Assembly: GCF_010091945.1 (NCBI RefSeq)
Contig: NZ_WVIE01000002.1
Location: 58,086-71,801, forward strand
Direction: 5' to 3'
DNA: 13,716 nt
DNA from: Myxacorys almedinensis A
GTDB lineage: Bacteria; Cyanobacteriota; Cyanobacteriia; Leptolyngbyales; Leptolyngbyaceae
The number at the start of each line of letters is the position of its first letter. Position 1 is the first letter of the stretch. Below are positions 1-7,029 of this stretch, in pieces. Below the pieces are notes generated by a model. That model was given only the letters and a program-made list of their open reading frames with translations. It was not told the DNA's origin and did not search any database. Position numbers and translations under genes: made by a program.

Positions 1-430
1 CAAGGACGCTACAGCGAGGCAGAACCGTTGTACGAGCAAGCGTTGGAAATGAAGCAACGGCTGTTTGAAGGCGACCACCCGGATGTGGCAATGAGCCTGA
101 ACAACTTAGCAGGTCTTTACCGTTCGCAAGGACGGCTGAGCGAGGCAGAACCGTTGTACGGGCAAGCGTTAGAGATGAGGCAACGGCTGTTTGAGGGCGA
201 CCACCCGCATGTGGCAACGAGTCTAAATAACTTAGCGGCTCTCTACGAATCGCAAGGACGGCTGAGCGAGGCAGAACCGTTGTACGGGCAAGCGTTGGCG
301 ATGTATCAACGGCTGTTTGAAGGCGACCACCCGGATGTGGCAGGGAGCCTGAACAACTTAGCACTTCTCTACAAGTCACAAGGACGCTACAGCGAGGCAG
401 AACCGTTGTACGGGCAAGCGTTGGCGATGT
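1..430 (+). repeat. Tandem 126-bp coding repeats (TPR units), at least 3.4 copies, continuing off the left edge
   Basis: The 19-mer gaggcagaaccgttgtacg recurs at 16, 142, 268 and 394, an exact period of 126 nt. The flanking sequence (caacggctgtttgaaggcgaccacccg..., aacaacttagc...) is nearly identical at the nucleotide level between copies. Confidence 0.9.
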
Positions 431-630
431 GCGAGAGAACACTAGGAACCAATCATCCCAATACGCAAACTACGCGAGAAAACATAGCCCTACTCCGTCA
501 GCAAATGCAGCAGACGGAGCGATCGACCCCACCCCATCCGCATCTGGTTCGGCGTCCGTCTCTTTTTCATCGACTCTGGCAGCGAATTAAACGATTCATC
601 CGACGGCTAATGCGATTAGTGTTTTATTGA
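1..630 (+). CDS. TPR-repeat protein (TPR_10/TPR_12, kinesin-light-chain-like repeats), C-terminal part; 5' end lies outside the window
   Basis: Frame 1 is open from base 1 (QGRYSEAEPLYEQALEM...), so the ATG at 28 is internal. There are four 42-aa units of the form SEAEPLYxQALxMxQRLFEGDHPxVAxSLNNLAxLYxSQGR. These are followed by a non-repeat tail ending in a strongly basic segment (LFHRLWQRIKRFIRRLMRLVFY). Stop codon at 628-630. Confidence 0.85.
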   Translation, partial: QGRYSEAEPLYEQALEMKQRLFEGDHPDVAMSLNNLAGLYRSQGRLSEAEPLYGQALEMRQRLFEGDHPHVATSLNNLAALYESQGRLSEAEPLYGQALAMYQRLFEGDHPDVAGSLNNLALLYKSQGRYSEAEPLYGQALAMCERTLGTNHPNTQTTRENIALLRQQMQQTERSTPPHPHLVRRPSLFHRLWQRIKRFIRRLMRLVFY

Positions 631-668
631 GAATCGAGACCGCGATCGTAAGCTACTGCTATCCTCAT

Positions 669-1001
669 TCACTGCTGCAAAATCCCAATCAGTTTTGCAA
701 TGACCTCATCTAATTTCTCAGCCTTTACCCGCCCCACCCTAGACAAGATGATATGTTGATCGGCTGTAAACAAACGATTAGGACGAATATTGCTCCTTTG
801 CCTGAGACTCCCTAAAGCGAAGTCGCTGTTCTCAACGGCGATCGCATAATTATCAGAAATAGACTGACTGGTGATTTGACACAGAATTAAATCCTCTCCG
901 CGCAACCCGGCAACCACCAGCGCCGGGCGTTTCTTCGATTGCGTCAAATCAGAGAAAGGAAACGGAACTACAACCACATCGCCTTTTACAAATCTTGCCA
1001 C
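669..1001 (-). CDS. Type II toxin-antitoxin system toxin, PemK/MazF family
   Basis: 110 aa. GDVVVVPFPFSDLTQSKKRPALVV ... LILCQITSQ ... IRPNRLFTAD is the typical MazF/PemK SH3-like fold signature. The gene overlaps the upstream small antitoxin ORF by 16 nt. Confidence 0.85.
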   Translation of the reverse strand: MARFVKGDVVVVPFPFSDLTQSKKRPALVVAGLRGEDLILCQITSQSISDNYAIAVENSDFALGSLRQRSNIRPNRLFTADQHIILSRVGRVKAEKLDEVIAKLIGILQQ

Positions 1002-1180
1002 GCTTCATCTTCCTCTGGTCTGAGCCAATCTCTGGCTAATGCAGATTCACTCAGCACACTCACCTCAAATTTCTCCTGAGAATGCTTTGTTTGCAAAACC
1101 TTCAGAAAATCGAACACCTCATCCAGCAAATCATCTGGCATCCCTTCAATTTCTTGAATCACTTGCTCTCTCGATCGCAT
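986..1180 (-). CDS. Antitoxin partner of the MazF-like toxin (DUF2281-like)
   Basis: The ATG at 1180 gives 64 aa: MRSREQVIQEIEGMPDDLLDEVFDFLKVLQ...SESALARDWLRPEEDEAWQDL. The acidic C-terminus is typical of cyanobacterial MazF partners. The 90-aa track ORF begins at a TTG (1258), and its extra residues look non-protein-like. Confidence 0.7.
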   Translation of the reverse strand: MRSREQVIQEIEGMPDDLLDEVFDFLKVLQTKHSQEKFEVSVLSESALARDWLRPEEDEAWQDL

Positions 1181-1404
1181 GTTCAACGCATCCAGAAACA
1201 CCACTAGATACAGGCTATTGTATGTCCTAGCAGGGCAGACAAGCGACGATTCGATCAATGCAGCATCGCTTTGATTGAATTTCGCGATCGTCCTAACTCA
1301 CTCCACCGCAACCCCTGATTTTGAAGACCGCGATCGCACAATTTCGCCGCTCCAATCCCGTCAGTACAATAAAACAGTAGCGCGATCGTTGGAGCATTTA
1401 AGCC

Positions 1405-1632
1405 ATGCCACAAGTGATGACGTTTGAAGCCATGAAACAGCACTATCAAAATGAATGGCTGCTAATTGCCTACACCGAAATCGATGAAAACCTCAATGTG
1501 ATTCAAGGCGAAGTCCTCGCCCACTCAACCGATGTCGAACCCCTCTACGATCTGATGCCACAGTTCAACGATCGAGCCGTGGCGCTAGAGTACATCGGCG
1601 AAATTCCGAAAGACTTAGCGTTTATCTTATGA
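1405..1632 (+). CDS. Small hypothetical protein, 75 aa (possibly DUF5678-like)
   Basis: ATG start with GGAG about 10 nt upstream (1392-1395). The pattern WLLIAY...IQGEVLAHSTD...ALEYIGEIP resembles small DUF5678-type proteins, but that assignment is from memory only. A TACAAT -10-like hexamer sits at 1365-1370. Confidence 0.55.
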   Translation: MPQVMTFEAMKQHYQNEWLLIAYTEIDENLNVIQGEVLAHSTDVEPLYDLMPQFNDRAVALEYIGEIPKDLAFIL

Positions 1633-1730
1633 CTTCCCGCATCTATCCCGTTCAGCGATCAGGGAACCTCTTCCTCACCCTCCCCCGTGGAATAGGGATT
1701 TTAAGGGCGAGGGCAAAACATCTGTGCTAT

Positions 1731-2738
1731 CTACGGAGCCTGCCAAATCCGTTCATGATAGTCAGACAGCTTTGCGTAAGGGTCTACACTTCCATGCCCG
1801 TGCGAATGCCCATGATGATCGTGATGATGATCATGCCCATGATTGTGCGCGTGATCCTGTCCCTTCGCCACTGCCGCCAACCGGAACTTACACATCTCAC
1901 AATTCATTGCCACCTGTCCCAACTGCGTCTCAATCTCGCGATCGCGCAGAATTGAAAACAACTGAGGATGAATTCCCATTTCAGGCAGATTCACAATCTC
2001 AATTTCTGGATAGCGCTCCCGCATCTGAGCCGTCACATCATAAATCTTCTTCACCAGCGTCCCGGTAAACAAGAAATGCGGCAACACAATAATCCGCTTC
2101 GGCTGATAAAGCTGCGATCGTCGAAACCCTTCCTCCAACCGGGGATGCGTAATCCCAATAAAACACACCTCCACCGTCTGATAGCCGCTGCCTTCCCAGA
2201 TCATCCGCGCTAACTTGTACACATCTCCATTCGCATCCGGGTCACTCGCGCCGCGCCCCACAAACAGCAGCACCGTATCTTCTCGCCGAATCGGTGAATC
2301 ATCCAGTTCTGCAAGGCGCGATCGCCACAACTCCAAAATTCCAGGCGTAATTCCAAAATGCCGCCCATAGTGAAACGTCACTTGGGGGTGTCGTCGTCGG
2401 GCGCGATCAAGTTCATTCGTCACATCAAACTTGTTATGCCTTGCCGCAAACAACAAAATCGGCAACACCGAGAACTCTGTAAATCCCTGCTCCACGCATC
2501 GATCTACCCCTTCCTGAATAGTCGGTTCAGTTAGCTCCAGAAAACACGGCAACACCGGGCGGCTCCGATCCATCGCTTGATACGCCGCTGCAAAATCCAT
2601 CAAGCTTTGTCGTCCATCATGGTCACGAGTTCCATGCCCAATCAACAGCAACGGACGCTGAATCGGAAGTGGCAGAAGTGAGAGTGATGCGATCGCCGCT
2701 TGTTCCCAAGCAAAATCATCCAGCGTTAAAGTCAACAT
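1731..2738 (-). CDS. cbiX: Sirohydrochlorin cobaltochelatase, long form (CbiX-L)
   Basis: 335 aa with two CbiX half-domains ([10 protein letters not shown]... and [14 protein letters not shown]...). The C-terminus has an MxCxxC motif (MNCEMC) followed by a His-rich tail ([21 protein letters not shown]), as in characterised CbiX-L. A cobalamin riboswitch lies immediately upstream. Confidence 0.85.
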   Translation of the reverse strand: MLTLTLDDFAWEQAAIASLSLLPLPIQRPLLLIGHGTRDHDGRQSLMDFAAAYQAMDRSRPVLPCFLELTEPTIQEGVDRCVEQGFTEFSVLPILLFAARHNKFDVTNELDRARRRHPQVTFHYGRHFGITPGILELWRSRLAELDDSPIRREDTVLLFVGRGASDPDANGDVYKLARMIWEGSGYQTVEVCFIGITHPRLEEGFRRSQLYQPKRIIVLPHFLFTGTLVKKIYDVTAQMRERYPEIEIVNLPEMGIHPQLFSILRDREIETQLGQVAMNCEMCKFRLAAVAKGQDHAHNHGHDHHHDHHGHSHGHGSVDPYAKLSDYHERIWQAP

Positions 2739-2779
2739 TTAAAGTCCCTTTCCCTGTGCAACGCAGGAAATAGAGTGAA

Positions 2780-2930
2780 TAAGCATCAATGCAGGTATTC
2801 TGGCTGAGAACAGAGATAAAGCATCTTCCATTCTTTACAGTTGCGGCACAGCACCGGACTCTCACCGGACTTCCCCCACACAGATACGGTTCACATGTGC
2901 TTTGTTATCTTACCTTGACCGTCATTTCTG
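2780..2930 (-). promoter_or_regulatory. Cobalamin (B12) riboswitch in the cbiX leader
   Basis: The minus strand reads GGGGGAAGTCCGGTGAGAGTCCGGTGCTGTGCCGCAACTGTAAA (+ strand 2835-2877). This matches the conserved core GGGAA-nnn-GGUGAnAnUCC-n-GCnG-nnCCGCnACUGUAA. A B12 box TCAGCCAGAATACCTGCA lies at + 2790-2807. A P2-like hairpin AGATA...TATCT is present, and AGGTA (+ 2911-2915) can pair with TACCT of the B12-box region. Outer boundaries are approximate. Confidence 0.8.
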
Positions 2931-3019
2931 AAAACCCCATGGGAGGGGATTACCAAGCTCAAGAAGACAACTAAGCCCGTTAGTTTGATAATCGTTTGAC
3001 AATCCCCCGTTCCGCAATC

Positions 3020-5044
3020 TCAAGAAGACAGATAGGTGTATCCGCTCAAGCTGCGCTCATAGTTTTGCAGCAACATCTGCGACTCTTGCAGCGTAATCCG
3101 ATCCTCTGCTAGGGCTTGTTCTGTTTGCAAACGGATGCTTTCAACCAAATCCTCAACGTCATACTGCACATAGCCGAGAACTTCCTTCATCGTGTCACCC
3201 TTCACCACATGCTCGATTTGGTAACTCTTAGGCGTCAGGTGAATATGAACGGTGTTTGTATCACCAAACAGATTGTGCAAATTGCCCATAATTTCCTGAT
3301 AGGCACCGTTGAGAAACATGCCTAAGTAGTAAGGCTGATTGGGTTTGAGATCATGCAACTCCAGCACAGATTTTACATCTCGCAGATCGATAAACTGATC
3401 AATCTTGCCATCACTATCACAGGTGAGATCTGCCAGCGTTGCCCGTTTTGTCGGCTCCTCATTCAGCCGGTGAATCGGCATAATCGGAAAGAGTTGATCG
3501 ATCGCCCAACTATCGGGCGCAGACTGAAACACCGACAAATTCATGTAATAGATCGATGCCATGATCTTCTCTAAATCTTCGAGATCATCAGGGACGTATT
3601 CTAGCTGCCGGGCGATCGCTAGAATTTTTTGACAGCACGCCCAATACAATCGCTCTGCCCGTGCCCGTTCAGTCAAACTCAACTGCCCAAACCCAAACCG
3701 GCTCACCGCTTCTTCTTTAAATTCAGTGGCATCGTGAAACATCTCCTGAAAATTCTCAGCATTGATCGAGCTATAGGTTTCGTAGAGATTGCGAACGGTG
3801 AGCGATTCATCCTCTTGCAGAGGTTCGGGTTCGTCAGAAGGCACATCGCTCGTTCCCAGCACATCAAACACCAAAACCGACTGATGAGATGCGATCGCGC
3901 GTCCACTTTCACTCACCAAAGTCGGCACCGGAATAGCAGCGATCGTGCAGGCATCTTTAATCGCCGCCACCACATCATTGGCGTAGTTCTGAGTGCTGTA
4001 GTTCTTAGACGCATGAAAATTGGTGCGCGACCCGTCATAATCGACGCCCAAGCCGCCCCCCACATCAAGGTACTGCATGTTCGCGCCCAGCCTCCTTAGC
4101 TCTACATAAATCTGCCCCGCTTCCCGCAGCGCCTCTTTCAGCACGCTAATGGCAGAAATCTGAGAGCCGATATGAAAATGCAGGAGTTGAAGACAATCCA
4201 ACATATCCGCCGCTTTAAGGCGATTAACCGTATCGATCACTTCCGGAACCGTCAGCCCAAACTTGGCGCGATCGCCAGCAGAGGTGCCCCATCGCCCGAT
4301 CCCTTTCGCGCTCAGCTTTGCCCGGACTCCCAAAATCGGCTTGATCCCCAGCTTACGGCTCGCCTCGATCACCAAATCCACTTCTTCAACTTGCTCCAGC
4401 ACAATGATCGGCGTTTTCCCCAAGCCTCGCGCCAGCATTGCCGTTTCCACATATTCTTTGTCTTTATAGCCGTTGCAAATGACCAACGCGCCCGGTGTCT
4501 TCAGCGTCGCCAAGGCAATCATCAACTCTGGCTTCGACCCTGCCTCTAGCCCAAACTGGTGAGGCTGCCCAAAGCGCACCAAATCTTCCACCAAGTGGCG
4601 CTGTTGATTGCACTTTACCGGAAAGACGCCTTTATAAATTCCGGCATAGCTATACCGTGCGATCGCTCTAGCAAACGCCGCATTGATTCGCTCGATCCGA
4701 TCTTCCAAAATATCTGAAAACCGAATCAACAACGGTAAGCCCAAATTGCGCTGTTTGAGGGCATTGGTCAATTCCAACAGATCGAGAGAACCGCCGCGAT
4801 CGCCCTTGGGGGAAACCGTGACATGACCCGCTGCATTAATTGAAAAATAGGGATCGCCCCAGCCTTCAATTCGATAGAGATCTTCGCTGTCTTCAATCGT
4901 CCAATCTGGCTTCGCATCAAGAGGAGCACTAACAGCCTTCTGCCCGTTCACCTCTGGCATCGGTTCACGGTTCAGAATTTCTAAATCTTTCTTAGCGGTT
5001 GTAGAACGTTGCCCCATTCTGCGGCTCCTCTCAGTGGTAATCAT
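3020..5044 (-). CDS. speA: Biosynthetic arginine decarboxylase
   Basis: 674-aa ORF. The N-terminal WTIEDSEDLYRIEGWGDPYFSINAAGHVTVSP and the PLP-fold core (FPVKCNQ..., HFHIGSQ, DVGGGLGVDY) are typical of SpeA. The start is ambiguous: the ATG at 5017 is preceded by GAGAGGAG with 7-nt spacing, while the ATG at 5044 has no SD. The true start may therefore be 5017. Confidence 0.9.
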   Translation of the reverse strand: MITTERSRRMGQRSTTAKKDLEILNREPMPEVNGQKAVSAPLDAKPDWTIEDSEDLYRIEGWGDPYFSINAAGHVTVSPKGDRGGSLDLLELTNALKQRNLGLPLLIRFSDILEDRIERINAAFARAIARYSYAGIYKGVFPVKCNQQRHLVEDLVRFGQPHQFGLEAGSKPELMIALATLKTPGALVICNGYKDKEYVETAMLARGLGKTPIIVLEQVEEVDLVIEASRKLGIKPILGVRAKLSAKGIGRWGTSAGDRAKFGLTVPEVIDTVNRLKAADMLDCLQLLHFHIGSQISAISVLKEALREAGQIYVELRRLGANMQYLDVGGGLGVDYDGSRTNFHASKNYSTQNYANDVVAAIKDACTIAAIPVPTLVSESGRAIASHQSVLVFDVLGTSDVPSDEPEPLQEDESLTVRNLYETYSSINAENFQEMFHDATEFKEEAVSRFGFGQLSLTERARAERLYWACCQKILAIARQLEYVPDDLEDLEKIMASIYYMNLSVFQSAPDSWAIDQLFPIMPIHRLNEEPTKRATLADLTCDSDGKIDQFIDLRDVKSVLELHDLKPNQPYYLGMFLNGAYQEIMGNLHNLFGDTNTVHIHLTPKSYQIEHVVKGDTMKEVLGYVQYDVEDLVESIRLQTEQALAEDRITLQESQMLLQNYERSLSGYTYLSS

Positions 5045-5294
5045 GCAATCGACTGCCAGTGTATCGCACTGCTACCAGAATGGGAGTAAGTCGCGACACG
5101 TCGTTGGATAAGTCATTCCGAAGGTAGAAGAGCACCCTCCTCGTTTAGCCGAGCAAAGCCCGCAGACATCAGACGTAGCCTGCTCCTTACAAACGAAAAT
5201 TTGCAGCCTGTCTCTCTGCTTTCAATGTCCTCCTTCTTCCGTTCTAGGCTAATCTGGTCTGTGTAAAAATCAGTATTTTTTTGGGAGTCTCAGC

Positions 5295-5744
5295 TTGGAA
5301 CGCACATTTTTAGCGATCAAACCCGACGGAGTTCAGCGCAAACTCATCGGCGAAATCATCAAACGGTTTGAGACGAAAGGCTTCACCCTGGTTGGTCTCA
5401 AGTTTATGAGCGTTAATCGTGAGTTAGCCGAACAGCACTACGACGTTCACAAAGAACGCCCCTTCTTTGGCAACTTGGTCGAATTCATCACCTCTGGACC
5501 GATCATTGCCATGGTTTGGGAAGGCGATGGTGTCGTTTCTGCCGCTCGAAAAGTGATCGGCGCAACCAATCCTCTCACCGCAGAGCCAGGAACGATTCGA
5601 GGCGATTATGGAGCTAACATCGGACGCAACCTGATTCACGGTTCCGACGCGATCGAGACGGCTCAGCGCGAGATTGCTCTGTGGTTCAAAGATGAAGAGC
5701 TAGTCAACTGGCAACCTACACTCACGGCTTGGATTTACGAATAA
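5295..5744 (+). CDS. ndk: Nucleoside diphosphate kinase
   Basis: 149 aa. [15 protein letters not shown]...NLIHGSD is the canonical Ndk signature including the active-site His. TTG start at 5295 with GGGAG 7 nt upstream. Confidence 0.92.
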   Translation: MERTFLAIKPDGVQRKLIGEIIKRFETKGFTLVGLKFMSVNRELAEQHYDVHKERPFFGNLVEFITSGPIIAMVWEGDGVVSAARKVIGATNPLTAEPGTIRGDYGANIGRNLIHGSDAIETAQREIALWFKDEELVNWQPTLTAWIYE

Positions 5745-5801
5745 CTCAAAGGTTAAATAACTCAAAGGTTAGCTCGGCAAGTCATGTAGGCTCAACGACA
5801 G

Positions 5802-5834
5802 AAGGCGACTTCTCATCTAAGTCGCCTTTTCTCT
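5802..5834 (+). terminator. Rho-independent terminator of ndk
   Basis: Perfect 10-bp stem: aaggcgactt (5802-5811) pairs with aagtcgcctt (5819-5828). The loop is 7 nt (ctcatct). The hairpin runs into ttttctc. It lies between the convergent ndk and TerC genes. Confidence 0.7.
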
Positions 5835-5858
5835 AGCGTTTTGTCTCTAGCATTTTGT

Positions 5859-6617
5859 CTACCGTTCTTCTTTAACTTCCACCGCCGGACTTTCTTCAAA
5901 CTCAACGGCGGCATCTGTCACTGCCAATTGCTCGTCTTGAGCGACGCTTCGTTCGGAAAAGCCCCAAGCAAACAGCAAGCCAATGATCGAAAGCATTAGC
6001 CACTCTGGAGGCACGAAACTATCGTTAATCACGCGAAGTAAAAGTCTGATCCCCACTAAAGACACGGTTAAATATCCAGCATCTTCAAGGTGGGAGTATT
6101 CTTTTAACCAGCGAATAAATAGACCTGCCATAAATCGCAGGGTAATAATTCCGATCGTGCCTCCGATCAGAACCAGCCACGTTTCATCAGAAATTGCGAT
6201 CGCAGTTGTGACGCTATCCAAAGAAAATGCCAAATCTGTAATGGCAATGACCGGGATCGCTTGCCACAACGAGGCAAATCGAGGTTCAGTCTGCTGTTCG
6301 TCCCCCACTTCAGACTTAGAGGTGAAATATTGGAACACCAGCCACAGCAGGTAGAGCGCCCCTGCCAACTCAAATTGCCAAATCCCAATCACCCGCGAAG
6401 CAAACACGATCAGCGTCATGCGAAGCACGTAGGCAAAAACCAAGCCGATGTTGAGGGCGCGCTTTTCGAGTTCGGGATTTTGCAGCCCTTGAGTTAAGGC
6501 TGCCAGCGCGATCGCATTATCTGCTGATAGCACTGCTTCTAATGCTACTAAAACCGGCAACAGCAGCAGGGTTTGAGCGCTAAGTTGATCGGGAAAATGG
6601 AATAACTGATCTAGCAT
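5859..6617 (-). CDS. TerC-family integral membrane protein
   Basis: Multi-pass membrane protein with the TerC hallmark ...ALEAVLSADNAIALAAL... and a second half-repeat ...DLAFSLDSVTTAIAI... The track ORF starts at a GTG (6665). The first ATG (6617, MLDQLFHFP...) is preferred because the extension overlaps a structured leader. Confidence 0.8.
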   Translation of the reverse strand: MLDQLFHFPDQLSAQTLLLLPVLVALEAVLSADNAIALAALTQGLQNPELEKRALNIGLVFAYVLRMTLIVFASRVIGIWQFELAGALYLLWLVFQYFTSKSEVGDEQQTEPRFASLWQAIPVIAITDLAFSLDSVTTAIAISDETWLVLIGGTIGIITLRFMAGLFIRWLKEYSHLEDAGYLTVSLVGIRLLLRVINDSFVPPEWLMLSIIGLLFAWGFSERSVAQDEQLAVTDAAVEFEESPAVEVKEER

Positions 6618-6715
6618 TTGAGACTCTACGACGTCAAAACAAAGTAAGCACGAGATAAGAGACACCTATCATGTCATGATTGCCTACTTATTCAGCCTAC
6701 TCCCTTCATCCTAGA
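6610..6715 (-). promoter_or_regulatory. Candidate yybP-ykoY (Mn2+) riboswitch-like leader of the TerC gene
   Basis: The minus strand has GAAGGGAGTAGGC (+ 6697-6704 = ctactccc), resembling the invariant GGGGAGUAG of yybP-ykoY. A 9-bp helix forms between AAGTAGGCA (+ 6681-6689) and TGCTTACTT (+ 6642-6650). This is followed by CTTTGTTTTGAC...AGAGTC. A closing helix TCTAGgAT/ATgCTAGA contains the ATG at 6617. The total length of about 106 nt is typical. A clear P4 hairpin is missing, so this remains a candidate. Confidence 0.35.
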
Positions 6716-6909
6716 TTCTACCTAGAGATAAAAAACTGGCTAGAGGCACATCGCCCCAATGGGGGCAACGATCGTTTGACCAAACCCACCATCTGTTGGG
6801 ATCTCTTTCTTGCGCCGCCTCTGTTGCATCTTGTTACAAAGGCTTCCCGAAATGGGCATTTTGGTTGAAATTGAGGAACTATAACACTGAGATAAGGAGT
6901 TTGAAAACT

Positions 6910-7005
6910 ATGTCTTTATCGGATACCCAAATCCTGGTTGCTTTGGTTGTCGCCCTGATTCCGGGGATACTCGCCTTCCGTCTGTCAACCGAACTGTACA
7001 AGTAG
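6910..7005 (+). CDS. psaM: Photosystem I reaction centre subunit XII (PsaM)
   Basis: The 31-aa product MSLSDTQILVALVVALIPGILAFRLSTELYK is nearly identical to known PsaM (..DTQ..ALV.AL.P..LAFRLSTELYK). AAGGAG lies at 6893-6898, 11 nt upstream of the ATG. The 69-aa track ORF is an artefactual upstream extension. Confidence 0.92.
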   Translation: MSLSDTQILVALVVALIPGILAFRLSTELYK

Positions 7006-7006
7006 G

Positions 7007-7029
7007 TTCCTTGCCTAGCCTGGCAGGAA
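7007..7029 (+). terminator. Possible psaM terminator hairpin
   Basis: ttccttgcc (7007-7015) pairs with ggcaggaa (7022-7029), giving 8 bp with one bulged T and a 6-nt loop. It starts 2 nt after the psaM stop. The downstream sequence is only moderately T-rich (gcttgatttgcc). Confidence 0.3.

Noticed and set aside
1-430. The regular 126-bp repeats as a possible CRISPR array or satellite
   Set aside because: The repeats are contiguous with no spacers, stay in frame, and encode canonical TPR helices. They are coding repeats.
1181-1258. N-terminal extension of the antitoxin ORF, and the 64-aa minus-strand ORF 1255-1449
   Set aside because: The extension starts at a TTG and encodes non-protein-like sequence (SSLVCPARTYNSLYLVVFL). 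ORF 1255-1449 lies in the divergent promoter region and overlaps the start of the 1405 gene. Neither has support.
1629-2213. Plus-strand ORFs 1629-1955, 1724-2068 and 1968-2213, including a Met/Ile/Val-rich peptide ([19 protein letters not shown])
   Set aside because: They are antisense to cbiX. The odd composition is simply the reverse complement of the His/Asp-rich codons (CAT/CAC/GAT). There are no SDs and no independent support.
2789-2974. 61-aa plus-strand ORF in the cbiX-speA spacer
   Set aside because: It lies antisense across the cobalamin riboswitch, whose conserved core explains the sequence. The translation has no protein-like features.
3116-4549. Several plus-strand ORFs (for example 3629-4099 at 156 aa, and 4172-4549 at 125 aa)
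   Set aside because: They are antisense to the well-supported speA. The Arg/His/Pro-rich translations are typical of shadow ORFs.
5045-5294. The speA/ndk divergent spacer as a host of an sRNA or terminator (T-run at 5275-5282, GTCGCGAC palindrome at 5090-5097)
   Set aside because: The T-run is not preceded by a stable stem, and the palindrome is only 8 bp. Only generic promoter-like AT-rich hexamers are visible.
6618-6665. GTG-initiated 16-codon extension of the TerC ORF
   Set aside because: It starts at a GTG with no SD, encodes Cys-rich sequence (MSLISCLLCFDVVESQ), and overlaps the structured leader. The ATG at 6617 is preferred, although the extension cannot be strictly excluded.
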